A stretch of DNA of 35,956 bases, taken from the NCBI GenBank assembly GCA_964344095.1, contig CAYFMB010000001.1, positions 1-35,956 of the forward strand. Direction: 5' to 3'. Shown one piece after another: positions 26,995 through 35,956 of the stretch (positions within the stretch are counted from its first letter, which is position 1; every line of letters begins with the position of its first letter). The notes below the pieces were generated by a model. That model was not told where the DNA came from, ran no database searches, and saw nothing but the letters and a program-made list of their open reading frames with translations. The stretch is from an uncultured Klebsiella sp. Its GTDB lineage: Bacteria; Cyanobacteriota; Cyanobacteriia; PCC-6307; Cyanobiaceae. A program made the position numbers and the translations under genes.

Positions 26995-28377
26995 TTACTT
27001 GACCGACAAGACTGGTTCGCGCGCACTGGACTCAACTGAACCGTTTTTGGCAACCGGCTTCTGACTGCCGACGCGGATACCCCCCTTGATGGTGCTGACA
27101 GCCAACATGGCGTCGACTTCTGACTCATCACGCACCGCGCTCGGCACCGGCTTGTAACCCTGGGGCGCAAGGGCATTGCCACGCAGCACTGAACCCAGAG
27201 TCAGCAGTGTCAGCTTGAGCTGCTGCCAGGGATTCATCGCCACCACGCGCTTGTAGAGGTAGCTATCAAAGGTGAGACGCTGCACATCTTTGTCGTCGCA
27301 CATTTCGACAAAGGCTTCGCGGGCCGCGTCGTTTCGATAAAAAATGTTCTGCAGTAACTCGAGCACCTTATACGTGGCTCCGTACTTGCGATCCCACTTC
27401 TTGAGGTACTTTTTGAGATCGGCTTCGCTGGGGATGCGCTGGCCGCCATTGCTTGCAGCAACGATCTCCTCGGCACACATGCGTCCACTTTTGGCAGCGA
27501 AGTAGATGCCTTCGCCCGAACTCTTGGTGACATAGCCAGCGGCATCACCGACCAGAGCCATGCGACCCACCACGCGACGGGGACGCGGATGCTCAGGGAT
27601 CGGGTGGGCTTCGACCTTGATCACCTCACCATTGACAAGGCGCTTCTTGGCCCGTTCGCGAATACCCTCCTGCAGGCTCTTGATCAGAGCCTGGTTGTTC
27701 TGCATGGTGCCGGTCCCAACAGCCACATGGTCGTATTTGGGGAAGACCCAGGCGTAGAAGTCAGGGGAGACGTCTGTGCCTACGTACATTTCGGCGAGGC
27801 TTTCGTAATACTTCATCTCCTCAGCCGGAAGCTTGATCCTTTCCTGGAAGGCGATGGCCACGTTGTAATCACCAGCATCCATGGCCTTGGCAACCCGGCT
27901 GTTGGCACCGTCAGCGCCAATGATCACGTCCACGTCGAGGGTCTTGGTCTCTCCGGTTGCCTCGCCACCGCTGTAATCGGAGTAGGTCAGCGTGTAAGGA
28001 CCCTGACGGTTGGCGCCGGTGTCGATCTTGGTCACGAGGCCATTGACCAGGTGGGCCCCTAGTTCGGCGGCTCGATTGCGCAGGAACGCGTCCATGACCT
28101 CACGTCGGCACATGCCGATGTACTCGTCCTGGTTCTCAAGCTTGATGTCCACCTCCCGGTTGGAGGGGGAAATCATCTTCATGTTGCGCACCTTGCGGTC
28201 GATGATCGACTCGGGCAGATCGAATTCAGCGACCATGCACAACGGAATGGCGCCGCCGCAGGGCTTGGCGTTATCGAGCTTGCGCTCAAAAATCCAGGTC
28301 TCGATGCCTGCCTTGGCCAGCACTTCGGCCGCACAGGAACCACTGGGGCCGCCACCCACAACTGCCACACGCAACAT
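26995..28377 (-). CDS. chlP: geranylgeranyl diphosphate/bacteriochlorophyllide reductase (chlorophyll phytol-tail synthesis)
   Basis: MLRVAVVGGGPSGSCAAEVLAKAG is an FAD-binding GxGxxG N-terminus. KPCGGAIPLCMV is also present, and similarity to ChlP runs the full length. Confidence 0.95.
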   Translation of the reverse strand: MLRVAVVGGGPSGSCAAEVLAKAGIETWIFERKLDNAKPCGGAIPLCMVAEFDLPESIIDRKVRNMKMISPSNREVDIKLENQDEYIGMCRREVMDAFLRNRAAELGAHLVNGLVTKIDTGANRQGPYTLTYSDYSGGEATGETKTLDVDVIIGADGANSRVAKAMDAGDYNVAIAFQERIKLPAEEMKYYESLAEMYVGTDVSPDFYAWVFPKYDHVAVGTGTMQNNQALIKSLQEGIRERAKKRLVNGEVIKVEAHPIPEHPRPRRVVGRMALVGDAAGYVTKSSGEGIYFAAKSGRMCAEEIVAASNGGQRIPSEADLKKYLKKWDRKYGATYKVLELLQNIFYRNDAAREAFVEMCDDKDVQRLTFDSYLYKRVVAMNPWQQLKLTLLTLGSVLRGNALAPQGYKPVPSAVRDESEVDAMLAVSTIKGGIRVGSQKPVAKNGSVESSAREPVLSVK

Positions 28378-28578
28378 CGGAAAACCGCTCCGCCATTGGG
28401 GTTGAGAGCGAAGACGCTAACACTGCCGAGAGGCGCGTTGGGGGCAAGTATCAAGGCCCAGCCTAGGATTGTCATCACATCACCGTGCCTGGTTCTGGCT
28501 CTACCCAGCCCCCGCTCTGCCGCAGCACGGCCTTCGGCTGTTGATGACATTCCACTGGCCAAGCGCACGGTGGTGCCC

Positions 28579-29232
28579 ATGCGCAAGCCCCGTTGGGAGC
28601 GCCGGATCGGTCTTGTTCTGTTGGGCTCGGCGATCACGGTGGTTCTGGTGATCGCTGGACTGCTGCAACGACCGGCGGTGACCCCCGACTGGCAACAGCG
28701 CAGCGCACGTCCTGATCGCGATGGACGACTGCTGGGCCATTTCCCCTATCGCGAGGTGGCGGCTGACCAGCTCGTGACCATCGCACCCGGGCAACAGCTG
28801 CAACGCGATGCGGCCTCGGCACTGCTGGACATGCAAGCGGCGGCCCGGGCCGATGGGATTGATCTCGTGGTGCTGAGCGCCTTCCGCTCGATTGCAACGC
28901 AGCAACACCTCTTTTTTGACGTCAAATCGGAGCGCAACCAGAACGCGCGGGAACGTGCCCGGGTCAGTGCACCGCCCGGTTATTCCGAACACAGCACCGG
29001 CTATGCCCTCGACATGGGCGATGGCAACGCCCCTGGAACCAACCTCTCCGTCAGCTTTGACCAGACCCCGGCCTTTGCCTGGTTGCAGCGCCATGCAGCT
29101 CACTATCACTTTGTCCTGTCGTTTCCCCAGGGCAATGCCCAGGGCGTCAGCTACGAACCCTGGCACTGGCGCTTTGAGGGGTCGGCCCAGGCCCTACGCG
29201 TGTTTGAGCCAGCGCAACAGCTGGTCCGCTGA
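28579..29232 (+). CDS. D-alanyl-D-alanine carboxypeptidase, VanY/peptidase M15B family, membrane anchored
   Basis: SAFRS, PGYSEHSTGYALD and EPWHWRF form the zinc-binding H/D/H signature. The ATG at 28579 gives a basic N-terminus plus a TM anchor (MRKPRWERRIGLVLLGSAITVVLV). Confidence 0.8.
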   Translation: MRKPRWERRIGLVLLGSAITVVLVIAGLLQRPAVTPDWQQRSARPDRDGRLLGHFPYREVAADQLVTIAPGQQLQRDAASALLDMQAAARADGIDLVVLSAFRSIATQQHLFFDVKSERNQNARERARVSAPPGYSEHSTGYALDMGDGNAPGTNLSVSFDQTPAFAWLQRHAAHYHFVLSFPQGNAQGVSYEPWHWRFEGSAQALRVFEPAQQLVR

Positions 29233-29322
29233 GCTGCTGCTGAAAGGCTGCCCCGGCTCAAGTGGCAGCAGGCACTGCGATAGAGTCTCTTCTTGGACTC
29301 AATCGCGTCAGGAATAGCCCCT

Positions 29323-31131
29323 ATGGGTGAGGAACAGAAAACAGCAGCCATCCGCAATATTGCGATCATTGCTCACGTTGATCACGGCAAGACAACGCTT
29401 GTTGATGCGTTGTTAAGTCAGTCGGGCATCTTTCGTGATGGTGAGGCTGTTCCCACCTGCGTGCTTGACTCCAACGACCTCGAGCGCGAACGCGGCATCA
29501 CAATTCTGTCCAAAAATACGGCTGTCGATTACAACGGAATTCGTATTAATATTGTTGATACTCCTGGACACGCTGACTTCGGCGGTGAAGTCGAGCGTGT
29601 CCTCGGAATGGTCGATGGTGCACTGCTGATTGTCGATGCCAATGAAGGGCCGATGCCTCAGACGCGCTTCGTCCTGAAAAAAGCGCTTGAGAAAGGGCTG
29701 CGGCCAATCGTATTTGTCAACAAGATCGATCGTGCCCGTGTCGATCCCGAGATTGCGGTTGACAAAGTGCTCGACCTGTTTCTCGAACTCGGGGCTGACG
29801 ACGATCAGTGCGACTTCCCCTATCTGTTTGGCAGCGGCATGGGCGGCTACGCCAAGCCAGACATGAAAACCGATAGCGACTCGATGAAGCCGCTGTTCGA
29901 TGCGATTCTGCGCCATGTTCCACCGCCGGTCGGCGATCCCGCCAAACCGTTGCAGTTGCAGGTCACAACGCTCGACTACAGCGATTTTCTGGGCCGCATC
30001 ATGATTGGCCGCATTCACAACGGCGTGATCAAAGCAGGTCAAAGTGCAGCGTTGATTCGCGATGACGGTTCGATCAAGCGTGGTCGTATTAGCAAGTTGC
30101 TGGGCTTCCAAGGCTTGCAGCGCGTTGAGATCGAGCAGGCCAGTGCGGGTGACCTCGTCGCTGTGGCAGGTTTTGACGAGGTCAACATCGGCGAGACGAT
30201 CGCTTGTCCCGACAACCCTGAAGCACTGCCACTGATCAAGGTTGACGAACCAACCTTGCAAATGACCTTTGTGGTTAACGATTCACCGTTTGCAGGAAAG
30301 GAAGGCAAGTTCGTCACCAGCCGTCAGGTGCGCGATCGCCTGCAACGCGAACTGCTCACCAACGTTGCCCTGCGCGTCGAGGACACCGATTCTCCCGATC
30401 GCTTCGCGGTCAGCGGCCGTGGTGAACTGCACCTGGGCATCTTGATCGAAACGATGCGCCGCGAGGGCTACGAGTTTCAGGTCAGTCAGCCACAGGTGAT
30501 CTTCCGCACCATTGATGGCACACCACACGAGCCGTTCGAGACCCTGGTCATGGACGTTCCTGAAGCATCGGTGGGTGCCTGCATCGAGAAGCTCGGTGTG
30601 CGCAAAGGAGAAATGCAGAACATGGAAACCAGCAATGACGGTCGAACCCAGCTTGAGTTTGTGGTTCCGTCGCGCGGACTGATCGGCTTCCGCGGCGAAT
30701 TCATCCGCGCGACCCGCGGTGAAGGGATCATGAGCCATTCGTTCCTGGACTACCGCCCGATGCAGGGCGAGTTCGATGCTCGCCGCAATGGCGTGCTGAT
30801 TGCTTTCGAAGAAGGCACGGCAACCTTCTATGCCTTGAAGAATGCCGAGGACCGCGGTCAGTTCTTCATCAGCCCTGGCACCAAGGTCTACAAGGGCATG
30901 ATCGTTGGTGAACACAACCGACAGCAGGACCTGGAGATCAACGTCTGCAAGGCCAAACAGTTGACCAACATGCGCTCAGCTGGTGCCGATGAACTCGATA
31001 CCCTGCAAGCGCCGATGCAGATGACGCTCGAACGGGCTTTGGAGTACATCGGTCCCGATGAAATGCTCGAAGTGACGCCCGATTCGATTCGCTTGCGCAA
31101 GTTGCCGGCTAAAAAGCCAGCACGGCGCTGA
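29323..31131 (+). CDS. typA: translational GTPase TypA/BipA
   Basis: [22 protein letters not shown] and [14 protein letters not shown] are present, and the EF-G-like domain layout gives about 600 aa. I chose the ATG at 29323. Confidence 0.95.
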   Translation: MGEEQKTAAIRNIAIIAHVDHGKTTLVDALLSQSGIFRDGEAVPTCVLDSNDLERERGITILSKNTAVDYNGIRINIVDTPGHADFGGEVERVLGMVDGALLIVDANEGPMPQTRFVLKKALEKGLRPIVFVNKIDRARVDPEIAVDKVLDLFLELGADDDQCDFPYLFGSGMGGYAKPDMKTDSDSMKPLFDAILRHVPPPVGDPAKPLQLQVTTLDYSDFLGRIMIGRIHNGVIKAGQSAALIRDDGSIKRGRISKLLGFQGLQRVEIEQASAGDLVAVAGFDEVNIGETIACPDNPEALPLIKVDEPTLQMTFVVNDSPFAGKEGKFVTSRQVRDRLQRELLTNVALRVEDTDSPDRFAVSGRGELHLGILIETMRREGYEFQVSQPQVIFRTIDGTPHEPFETLVMDVPEASVGACIEKLGVRKGEMQNMETSNDGRTQLEFVVPSRGLIGFRGEFIRATRGEGIMSHSFLDYRPMQGEFDARRNGVLIAFEEGTATFYALKNAEDRGQFFISPGTKVYKGMIVGEHNRQQDLEINVCKAKQLTNMRSAGADELDTLQAPMQMTLERALEYIGPDEMLEVTPDSIRLRKLPAKKPARR

Positions 31132-31148
31132 ACGTCAACCCCAGCGAC

Positions 31149-31577
31149 ATGAGCGATGGCTTCTGCCAGGAGGAGCAGGCGCTGATGGCCGATCCCCGCC
31201 TTGGCGAGGCCATCGCTCAGTTCAACGCTGCCGAGTGGTACGCCTGTCATGACGGGTTTGAAGCGCTTTGGCATGAGACAGCTGGTCCCATGCGCGTGGT
31301 GCTCCAGGGAATTCTTCAAATCGCTGTGGCCCAGTTGCACCGTGAACGAGGCAATCTTCGCGGGGCAACAGTGCTGCTTGGTGAGGGTTTGGGCCGCTTG
31401 CGCCAGGCCGATCCCATCGCCCTGGGCCTCGACATCAAGGCTCTGCGCACAGTCGCTGCTGAGCACCTCAACCATCTCCAGGCGCTTGAGCCTGCAAATG
31501 GGTGTAACCGCCCAGAAGCCGGGATCACGGAACCCTCGTTGCCGGCATTTCAACTGCGACCGCCCGCCTGGGCCTGA
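31149..31577 (+). CDS. DUF309 domain protein
   Basis: FNAAEWYACHDGFEALWHE and GILQIAVAQLHRERGNLRGA match the DUF309 helical motif as I remember it. Confidence 0.65.
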   Translation: MSDGFCQEEQALMADPRLGEAIAQFNAAEWYACHDGFEALWHETAGPMRVVLQGILQIAVAQLHRERGNLRGATVLLGEGLGRLRQADPIALGLDIKALRTVAAEHLNHLQALEPANGCNRPEAGITEPSLPAFQLRPPAWA

Positions 31578-31605
31578 GCTGATCAGCCATCTGTAGATTG
31601 CCCCC

Positions 31606-32076
31606 ATGCAACGCCTCAGATTGGAGACACGGGTGCGGCATTTTCTGGCCTGGTGCCCATGCCTGATGCTCTGGGCTCCCGTTGTCCTGGCCCAGACAGC
31701 ACCGGTTCCACAGGTTTCGCCTGCAACAGCGGCTCCACAGAGCGTCACTCCTGCAGCGGCCTTGACCACAGCGGGCATGGTGTCCATCGAGTCCGATCGT
31801 CAGCAGGCTGACAACCGCACAGGCGTGATCACGGCCAGCGGAAACGTGCGGATCGTTTACCCCGACCAACGCGTCGTTGCCACAGCGCGTCAAGCGCAGT
31901 ACTTCTCGAGGGAGTCGCGCATCGTGCTCAGCGGTGATGTCGACGTGATCCAACCCGATGGCAATGCGCTGCGCGCTGAACGCGTCACGGTTCTGCTCAA
32001 CAGCCAACGCGTCATTGCCGAACCCATTCTTGGCCAGCAGGTCGTCAGCACGCTGCGACTCAGCGCACAACCATGA
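31606..32076 (+). CDS. LptA/OstA-like periplasmic LPS-transport protein
   Basis: It has a signal peptide (..WAPVVLAQT) and OstA-like beta-jellyroll repeats (ITASGNVRIVYPD.., VLSGDVDVIQPDG..). It sits directly upstream of lptB and overlaps it with ATGA. Confidence 0.65.
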   Translation: MQRLRLETRVRHFLAWCPCLMLWAPVVLAQTAPVPQVSPATAAPQSVTPAAALTTAGMVSIESDRQQADNRTGVITASGNVRIVYPDQRVVATARQAQYFSRESRIVLSGDVDVIQPDGNALRAERVTVLLNSQRVIAEPILGQQVVSTLRLSAQP

Positions 32077-32801
32077 GTCTTGTCGTTGATCAGGCGTCCC
32101 TCAGCATCGATGGACGTCCGCTGGTGTGCGCAGTCGAGCTTGAACTGCGGCCTGCTGAGGTGGTCGGTTTGCTTGGTCCCAATGGCGCTGGCAAAACCAC
32201 CACGTTTCATCTGATCACCGGTCTGCTGCAACCCGATACGGGCAGCATCAACGTCGACGGCGTAGCGGTTGAGCAGTTGTCGATGCCGCAGCGGGCCCGC
32301 ATGGGGATTGGCTACCTGCCGCAGGAGCCGAGTGTGTTTCGTCAGCTTTCGGTGCGCGACAACTTGGCCCTGGCTCTCGAGGTCAGCGGCACCCCAAAGC
32401 AACATCAACGGCAGCGCCTCGACGAACTGGTGCAGGAGTTTCACCTAGAACCATTTTTGCAACGCCGTGGTTATCAACTTTCAGGCGGTGAACGCCGCCG
32501 CTGCGAAGTGGCTCGCGCTCTGGCGGTGGGTGATAGCGGTCCCCGTTACCTGCTTCTGGATGAACCCTTTGCCGGCGTCGATCCCATGGCCGTGGCCGAT
32601 CTTCAGGACCTGGTGGCCAAGTTGCGCGATCGCGGCATGGGTGTGCTGATCACTGATCACAACGTGCGCGAGACCCTGGCGATCACCGACAGGGCTTACA
32701 TCCTCACCGATGGCCGCATCCTGGCATCGGGCACTGCAGCTCAGATGGGCTCCGATCCAATGGTCAGACGTCACTACCTCGGCGAGGGATTTCAGCTGTG
32801 A
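32073..32801 (+). CDS. lptB: LPS export ABC transporter ATP-binding protein
   Basis: It carries Walker A GPNGAGKTT, the signature LSGGERRRCEVARAL and Walker B LLLDEPFAGVDP, and its length of about 240 aa is typical of LptB. Confidence 0.85.
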   Translation: MSLVVDQASLSIDGRPLVCAVELELRPAEVVGLLGPNGAGKTTTFHLITGLLQPDTGSINVDGVAVEQLSMPQRARMGIGYLPQEPSVFRQLSVRDNLALALEVSGTPKQHQRQRLDELVQEFHLEPFLQRRGYQLSGGERRRCEVARALAVGDSGPRYLLLDEPFAGVDPMAVADLQDLVAKLRDRGMGVLITDHNVRETLAITDRAYILTDGRILASGTAAQMGSDPMVRRHYLGEGFQL

Positions 32802-33967
32802 TGGCGACTCCGATCCGATGGATGCCACGCCTGTGGCGTCGCCTGCCCTTGCTTGACCGGTGGCTCTTGGGTGAACTTGTTGGCCCACTGCTGTTCGGCA
32901 TTGCGGCCTTCACAGCCGTTTCGCTGTCGGTCGGGGTGGTGTTTGAACTGGTACGGCGCGTTGCCGAATCTGGCCTACCGCTCTGGGCGGCCGTGCAGGT
33001 GTTGTTGATGAACCTGCCCGCCTTCATGGTGCTTGCCTTTCCGATGGCCACACTGATGGCCACGTTATTGGCTTATAGCCGCCTCTCGGGCAACAGCGAA
33101 CTCACTGCACTACGCAGCGTCGGGGTTAGCACGCGTCGCATGGTCGTGCCGGCTCTCGCCCTGGCACTGCTGATGAGTCTGATCACGTTCATGTTCAACG
33201 ACGTGATCGTGCCAAGGGCCAACATTGCCGCCGCCAACACTCTGAACCGCGCTCTCGGTCAGGCGATAGCCACCGAAACCGCCGATGACACGCTGTATTC
33301 GCGATTTGGCGATCTGTCCCAACCCGATGGTCAAATCGGCAAGGGTTTGGCCCAGCTCTTCTATGCGCGCCGCTTTGAAAATGGACAGATGAAGGACGTC
33401 ACCGTGATCGATTTTTCGCGGGTGGGACAGCGTCAAATGCTGATGGCGCGCACAGGGATCTGGAATCCCCAAGCGGGGATGTGGGAGTTTCGCGATGGAC
33501 GGCTCGTCAGCGTTGACGAGTCTGGGGGGCAAACCACATCGGCCGAGTTTGATCGTTACCTGTACCCGCTGGGCCGGGGCCCTGAGGATGTCGCCACACT
33601 GCCCACCGATGCCAACCAGATGACCGTGGCCCAGGCGCGCCGGGCTGAACGTCTCCTCGCTGAAGCCAACAACATCAAAGAGGCTCGCAGGCTGCGCGTT
33701 CGCATTCAGGAGAAATTTGCTTTCCCGGCCATCTGTCTGGTGTTTGGGCTGCTGGGCAGCAGCCTGGGTGTCAGGCCCAACTCACGCACAAGCCGCAGTC
33801 AGGGCTTCGGCATCAGTGTGCTGCTGATCTTCGGCTACTACTTGATGTCGTTCATCTTCAGCTCACTCGGTGTGAAGGGCACCCTCTGGCCGGTTGTCTC
33901 GGCGTGGATGCCCGTGGTGATCGGCCTGGGTGCAGGTGGCTGGTTGTTGCGACAGGCCAGCCGCTAA
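32801..33967 (+). CDS. LptF/LptG family permease (YjgP/YjgQ)
   Basis: The protein is about 388 aa with three N-terminal TM helices, a periplasmic beta-rich insert and three C-terminal TM helices. The ATG overlaps the lptB TGA by 1 nt. Confidence 0.8.
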   Translation: MATPIRWMPRLWRRLPLLDRWLLGELVGPLLFGIAAFTAVSLSVGVVFELVRRVAESGLPLWAAVQVLLMNLPAFMVLAFPMATLMATLLAYSRLSGNSELTALRSVGVSTRRMVVPALALALLMSLITFMFNDVIVPRANIAAANTLNRALGQAIATETADDTLYSRFGDLSQPDGQIGKGLAQLFYARRFENGQMKDVTVIDFSRVGQRQMLMARTGIWNPQAGMWEFRDGRLVSVDESGGQTTSAEFDRYLYPLGRGPEDVATLPTDANQMTVAQARRAERLLAEANNIKEARRLRVRIQEKFAFPAICLVFGLLGSSLGVRPNSRTSRSQGFGISVLLIFGYYLMSFIFSSLGVKGTLWPVVSAWMPVVIGLGAGGWLLRQASR

Positions 33968-34008
33968 CCCCTTAAGACACGCCAAACTGCTGCCACTTGT
34001 TCAACACG

Positions 34009-34914
34009 ATGGATCCCGTCTTCAGCCTCGGCCTTGCCGCCTTTGCCCTGCTGCTCCTGGCTCTGCCGCTGGCGTTCTGGAGTCTCAGCGGTGGGCAGCG
34101 CAGCACGGTTGTGACGGTTCTGGTCGGCGTCGCCAATCTGGCCCTAACCGCCCAACTGGTGCTGCGTTGGTGGCAGTCAGGGCATTTCCCCATCAGCAAC
34201 CTTTACGAATCGCTCTGTTTTCTGGCCTGGGGCTGCAGCCTGGCCCAACTCCTGGTCGAACGCAGCTGGCCTTCGCCACTGGTCAGCGCCGCCTGCTCGC
34301 CGATGGCTCTTGGCTGCGTTGCATTTGCCAGCTTCGCCCTGCCTGATCGCCTGCAGGAAGCCTCGCCACTGGTGCCCGCCTTGCGCTCGAGCTGGTTGAT
34401 CATGCATGTCAGCGTGATCATGCTCAGCTACGCAGCCCTGCTGGTGGGATCGCTGCTATCGGTGGCGGTGTTGTTCACCGATCGCGCTCAGACTCTCGAG
34501 CTGCGCAGTAGCTCGATCGGCAGCGGGGCCTACCGCCAGTCGTCGATGGCTGTCGATGGCCCCCGATTACAGCTAGCAAGCGTGAACATCAGCACCGCCG
34601 AGCAACTCGACAGTCTCAGTTACCGCACCATCACTGTTGGCTTTTTGCTGCTATCGGTCGGTCTGGTGAGCGGTGCTGTTTGGGCCAATGAGGCCTGGGG
34701 CAGCTGGTGGAGCTGGGACCCTAAGGAAACCTGGGCCCTGATCACCTGGCTCGTTTACGCCGCCTATCTGCACACACGCCTGATTCGCGGGTGGCAGGGG
34801 CGCAAGCCTGCACTGGTGGCTTCGGCCGGCTTGGTGGTGATCGCGGTCTGCTACATCGGGGTGAACTTGCTGGGCATTGGGCTGCACAGCTACGGCTGGT
34901 TCTTTGACAGCTGA
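34009..34914 (+). CDS. ccsA: cytochrome c biogenesis protein CcsA (system II heme handling)
   Basis: It carries the WWD-type motif [19 protein letters not shown] plus conserved His residues in a polytopic membrane protein. I chose the ATG at 34009. Confidence 0.9.
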   Translation: MDPVFSLGLAAFALLLLALPLAFWSLSGGQRSTVVTVLVGVANLALTAQLVLRWWQSGHFPISNLYESLCFLAWGCSLAQLLVERSWPSPLVSAACSPMALGCVAFASFALPDRLQEASPLVPALRSSWLIMHVSVIMLSYAALLVGSLLSVAVLFTDRAQTLELRSSSIGSGAYRQSSMAVDGPRLQLASVNISTAEQLDSLSYRTITVGFLLLSVGLVSGAVWANEAWGSWWSWDPKETWALITWLVYAAYLHTRLIRGWQGRKPALVASAGLVVIAVCYIGVNLLGIGLHSYGWFFDS

Positions 34915-34979
34915 ACGCAGCCGCTCTGGTTGCGTTGTTGCGCTGGGGCAGGAGTTGGCCAAGCCCTGCTCCTGAAGCC

Positions 34980-35006
34980 AAAAAAAGGGGGCTGTGACCA
35001 GCCCCC
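34980..35006 (-). terminator. rho-independent terminator downstream of rpe
   Basis: On the minus strand GGGGGCTG-GTCA-CAGCCCCC forms an 8-bp stem with a 4-nt loop, followed by seven T residues (the A-run at 34980..34986 on the plus strand). It lies 33 nt after the rpe stop. Confidence 0.7.
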
Positions 35007-35039
35007 AGTTCAAGTGATGCCGCGAAGGACGGCCCTGGA

Positions 35040-35723
35040 TCAGGCGGCGGCGGCCACAGGACGACGGCTGTTGCGGATGCCCTCGATGGCATCGGCATAA
35101 CTGGGCTGGTTGAACACGCCCGAACCGGACACGATGGCGTTGGCGCCGGCGTCGATCACCTTCCAGGCATTCTCGGCCTTAATGCCGCCGTCGACCTCGA
35201 TCCAGGGGTCGAGGCCTTTCTCGTCACACATGCGGCGCAGATCGCGGATTTTCTGCACCTGGCTTTCGATGAAGCTCTGGCCGCCGAAGCCGGGGTTCAC
35301 GCTCATGATCAGCACCAGGTCGCAGAGCTCCAGGCAGTACTCCAGGGTGTCGATCGGGGTGCTGGGGTTGAGCACAGCGCCAGCCATCTTGCCGAGATCC
35401 TTGATCTGAGCCAGGTTGCGGTGCAAATGAGGACAGGCTTCGACCTGCACCGAAATGATGTCAGCGCCGGCCTTGGCAAACTCAGGAACGTATTTCTCGG
35501 GCTCGACGATCATCAGGTGAACGTCCAAGGGCTTGGATGTCACCGGGCGCAGCGCCTCGACGATCAGGGGTCCGATCGTGATGTTCGGCACGAAACGGCC
35601 ATCCATCACATCCACGTGGATCCAATCAGCACCGGCCTGGTCGACGGCGCGCACGTCGTCCCCGAGCCGCGAAAAATCGGCTGACAGGATCGAGGGGGAT
35701 ACGACCAGGGGCTTGGTGCTCAT
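35040..35723 (-). CDS. rpe: ribulose-phosphate 3-epimerase
   Basis: [27 protein letters not shown] and SVNPGFGGQ are canonical Rpe motifs. Confidence 0.95.
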   Translation of the reverse strand: MSTKPLVVSPSILSADFSRLGDDVRAVDQAGADWIHVDVMDGRFVPNITIGPLIVEALRPVTSKPLDVHLMIVEPEKYVPEFAKAGADIISVQVEACPHLHRNLAQIKDLGKMAGAVLNPSTPIDTLEYCLELCDLVLIMSVNPGFGGQSFIESQVQKIRDLRRMCDEKGLDPWIEVDGGIKAENAWKVIDAGANAIVSGSGVFNQPSYADAIEGIRNSRRPVAAAA

Positions 35724-35909
35724 GGAGCTGTCTCAGGCTTGGGACACGTGATTGTAAGAAAAGGCCCTGAAGCCCCCCGCCGTAGGGCATCGCACCGGGT
35801 CGGGCGGCGAATCGAGACTGATACAGTTGCGGCGCTTCAGCATTGGGATGCCGTGCAACGGCGCGCTGCAATGGCTCTCTGAAGCGCTTCCTCTCTTACC
35901 TGCACTGCC

Positions 35910-35956
35910 GTGGATCGCACCCTGATTCAAGAAATTCTCGAGGTTGTTGAGCAGGC
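35910..35956 (+). CDS. glpX: class II fructose-1,6-/sedoheptulose-1,7-bisphosphatase, N-terminal fragment (continues past the right edge)
   Basis: The GTG at 35910 opens (M)DRTLIQEILEVVEQA. This matches the conserved EI(I/L)EVVEQAAIASA N-terminus of cyanobacterial GlpX-type F/SBPase. Only 15 codons are visible. Confidence 0.55.
   Translation, partial: MDRTLIQEILEVVEQ

Noticed and set aside
28470-28549. An 8-bp inverted repeat, TGTCATCA (28470..28477) and TGATGACA (28542..28549), in the chlP/VanY-like spacer
   Set aside because: The arms are 64 nt apart. An 8-mer inverted repeat in about 200 nt is not unexpected by chance, and I saw no supporting nested pairing.
29234-29272. GC-rich pairing (CTGCTGC with GCAGCAG, or GCTGCC with GGCAGC) after the VanY-like stop, considered as a terminator
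   Set aside because: No U-tract follows and the loops are long, so it cannot be called an intrinsic terminator from the sequence alone.
29413-30261. A 282-aa ORF antisense to typA, and a similar 299-aa ORF at 30888..31787
   Set aside because: Both lie opposite well-supported genes and have no recognisable domains.
35024-35032. GAAGGACGG, which resembles part of the glutamine riboswitch (glnA RNA motif) core
   Set aside because: The rest of the motif is absent. The site lies in a convergent terminator region just beyond the rpe stop, not in a 5' leader.
1-35956. A search for CRISPR arrays, tRNA/rRNA genes, IS elements, integrases, toxin-antitoxin pairs, restriction-modification genes and other defence genes
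   Set aside because: I found none by eye. Intergenic gaps are at most about 230 nt, every large ORF has a housekeeping assignment, and the only over-represented repeat is the short HIP1 octamer.

Overview
This window is a dense stretch of core chromosome from a high-GC picocyanobacterium of the Synechococcus/Cyanobium type. The taxon call rests on apcF, pcyA, chlP, ccsA, ferredoxin-sulfite reductase, devBCA-like genes and over-representation of the HIP1 palindrome GCGATCGC.

I can support about 37 protein-coding genes, two of them cut by the window edges (glnA on the left, glpX on the right).
- Photosynthesis and pigment genes: apcF, pcyA, chlP, ccsA.
- Calvin cycle genes: rpe, glpX.
- Translation genes: rpsB-tsf, typA, glyS, tadA.
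- DNA repair: recG.
- Sulfur assimilation: sir.
- Cell envelope genes: bioY-lspA-PBP-GTPase, a VanX-like and a VanY-like peptidase, lptA-like/lptB/lptFG, devBCA and a GT2 glycosyltransferase.
- An M16 peptidase pair.
- Several small conserved hypothetical genes.

I saw no rRNA or tRNA gene, CRISPR array, transposase, integrase, phage gene or recognisable defence gene. Most long ORFs in the track that lie antisense to these genes are stop-codon-poor shadow frames typical of GC-rich DNA.

I do not see a convincing novel multi-gene system, and the region looks ordinary. The items most worth a second look are:
1. A class A penicillin-binding protein with an N-terminal cytoplasmic FHA domain, inside a translationally coupled envelope operon.
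2. A 51-aa highly basic ORF absent from the ORF track, followed by a textbook intrinsic terminator only 14 nt upstream of the glycosyltransferase start codon.
3. A 367-aa protein with no domain I recognise, wedged between tsf and recG.
4. Structured or repeat-containing leaders in the glnA/apcF, rpsB and rpe/glpX intergenic regions, including an NtcA-like box upstream of glnA.

All start codons are inferred from sequence context only, and many are uncertain by tens of nucleotides.
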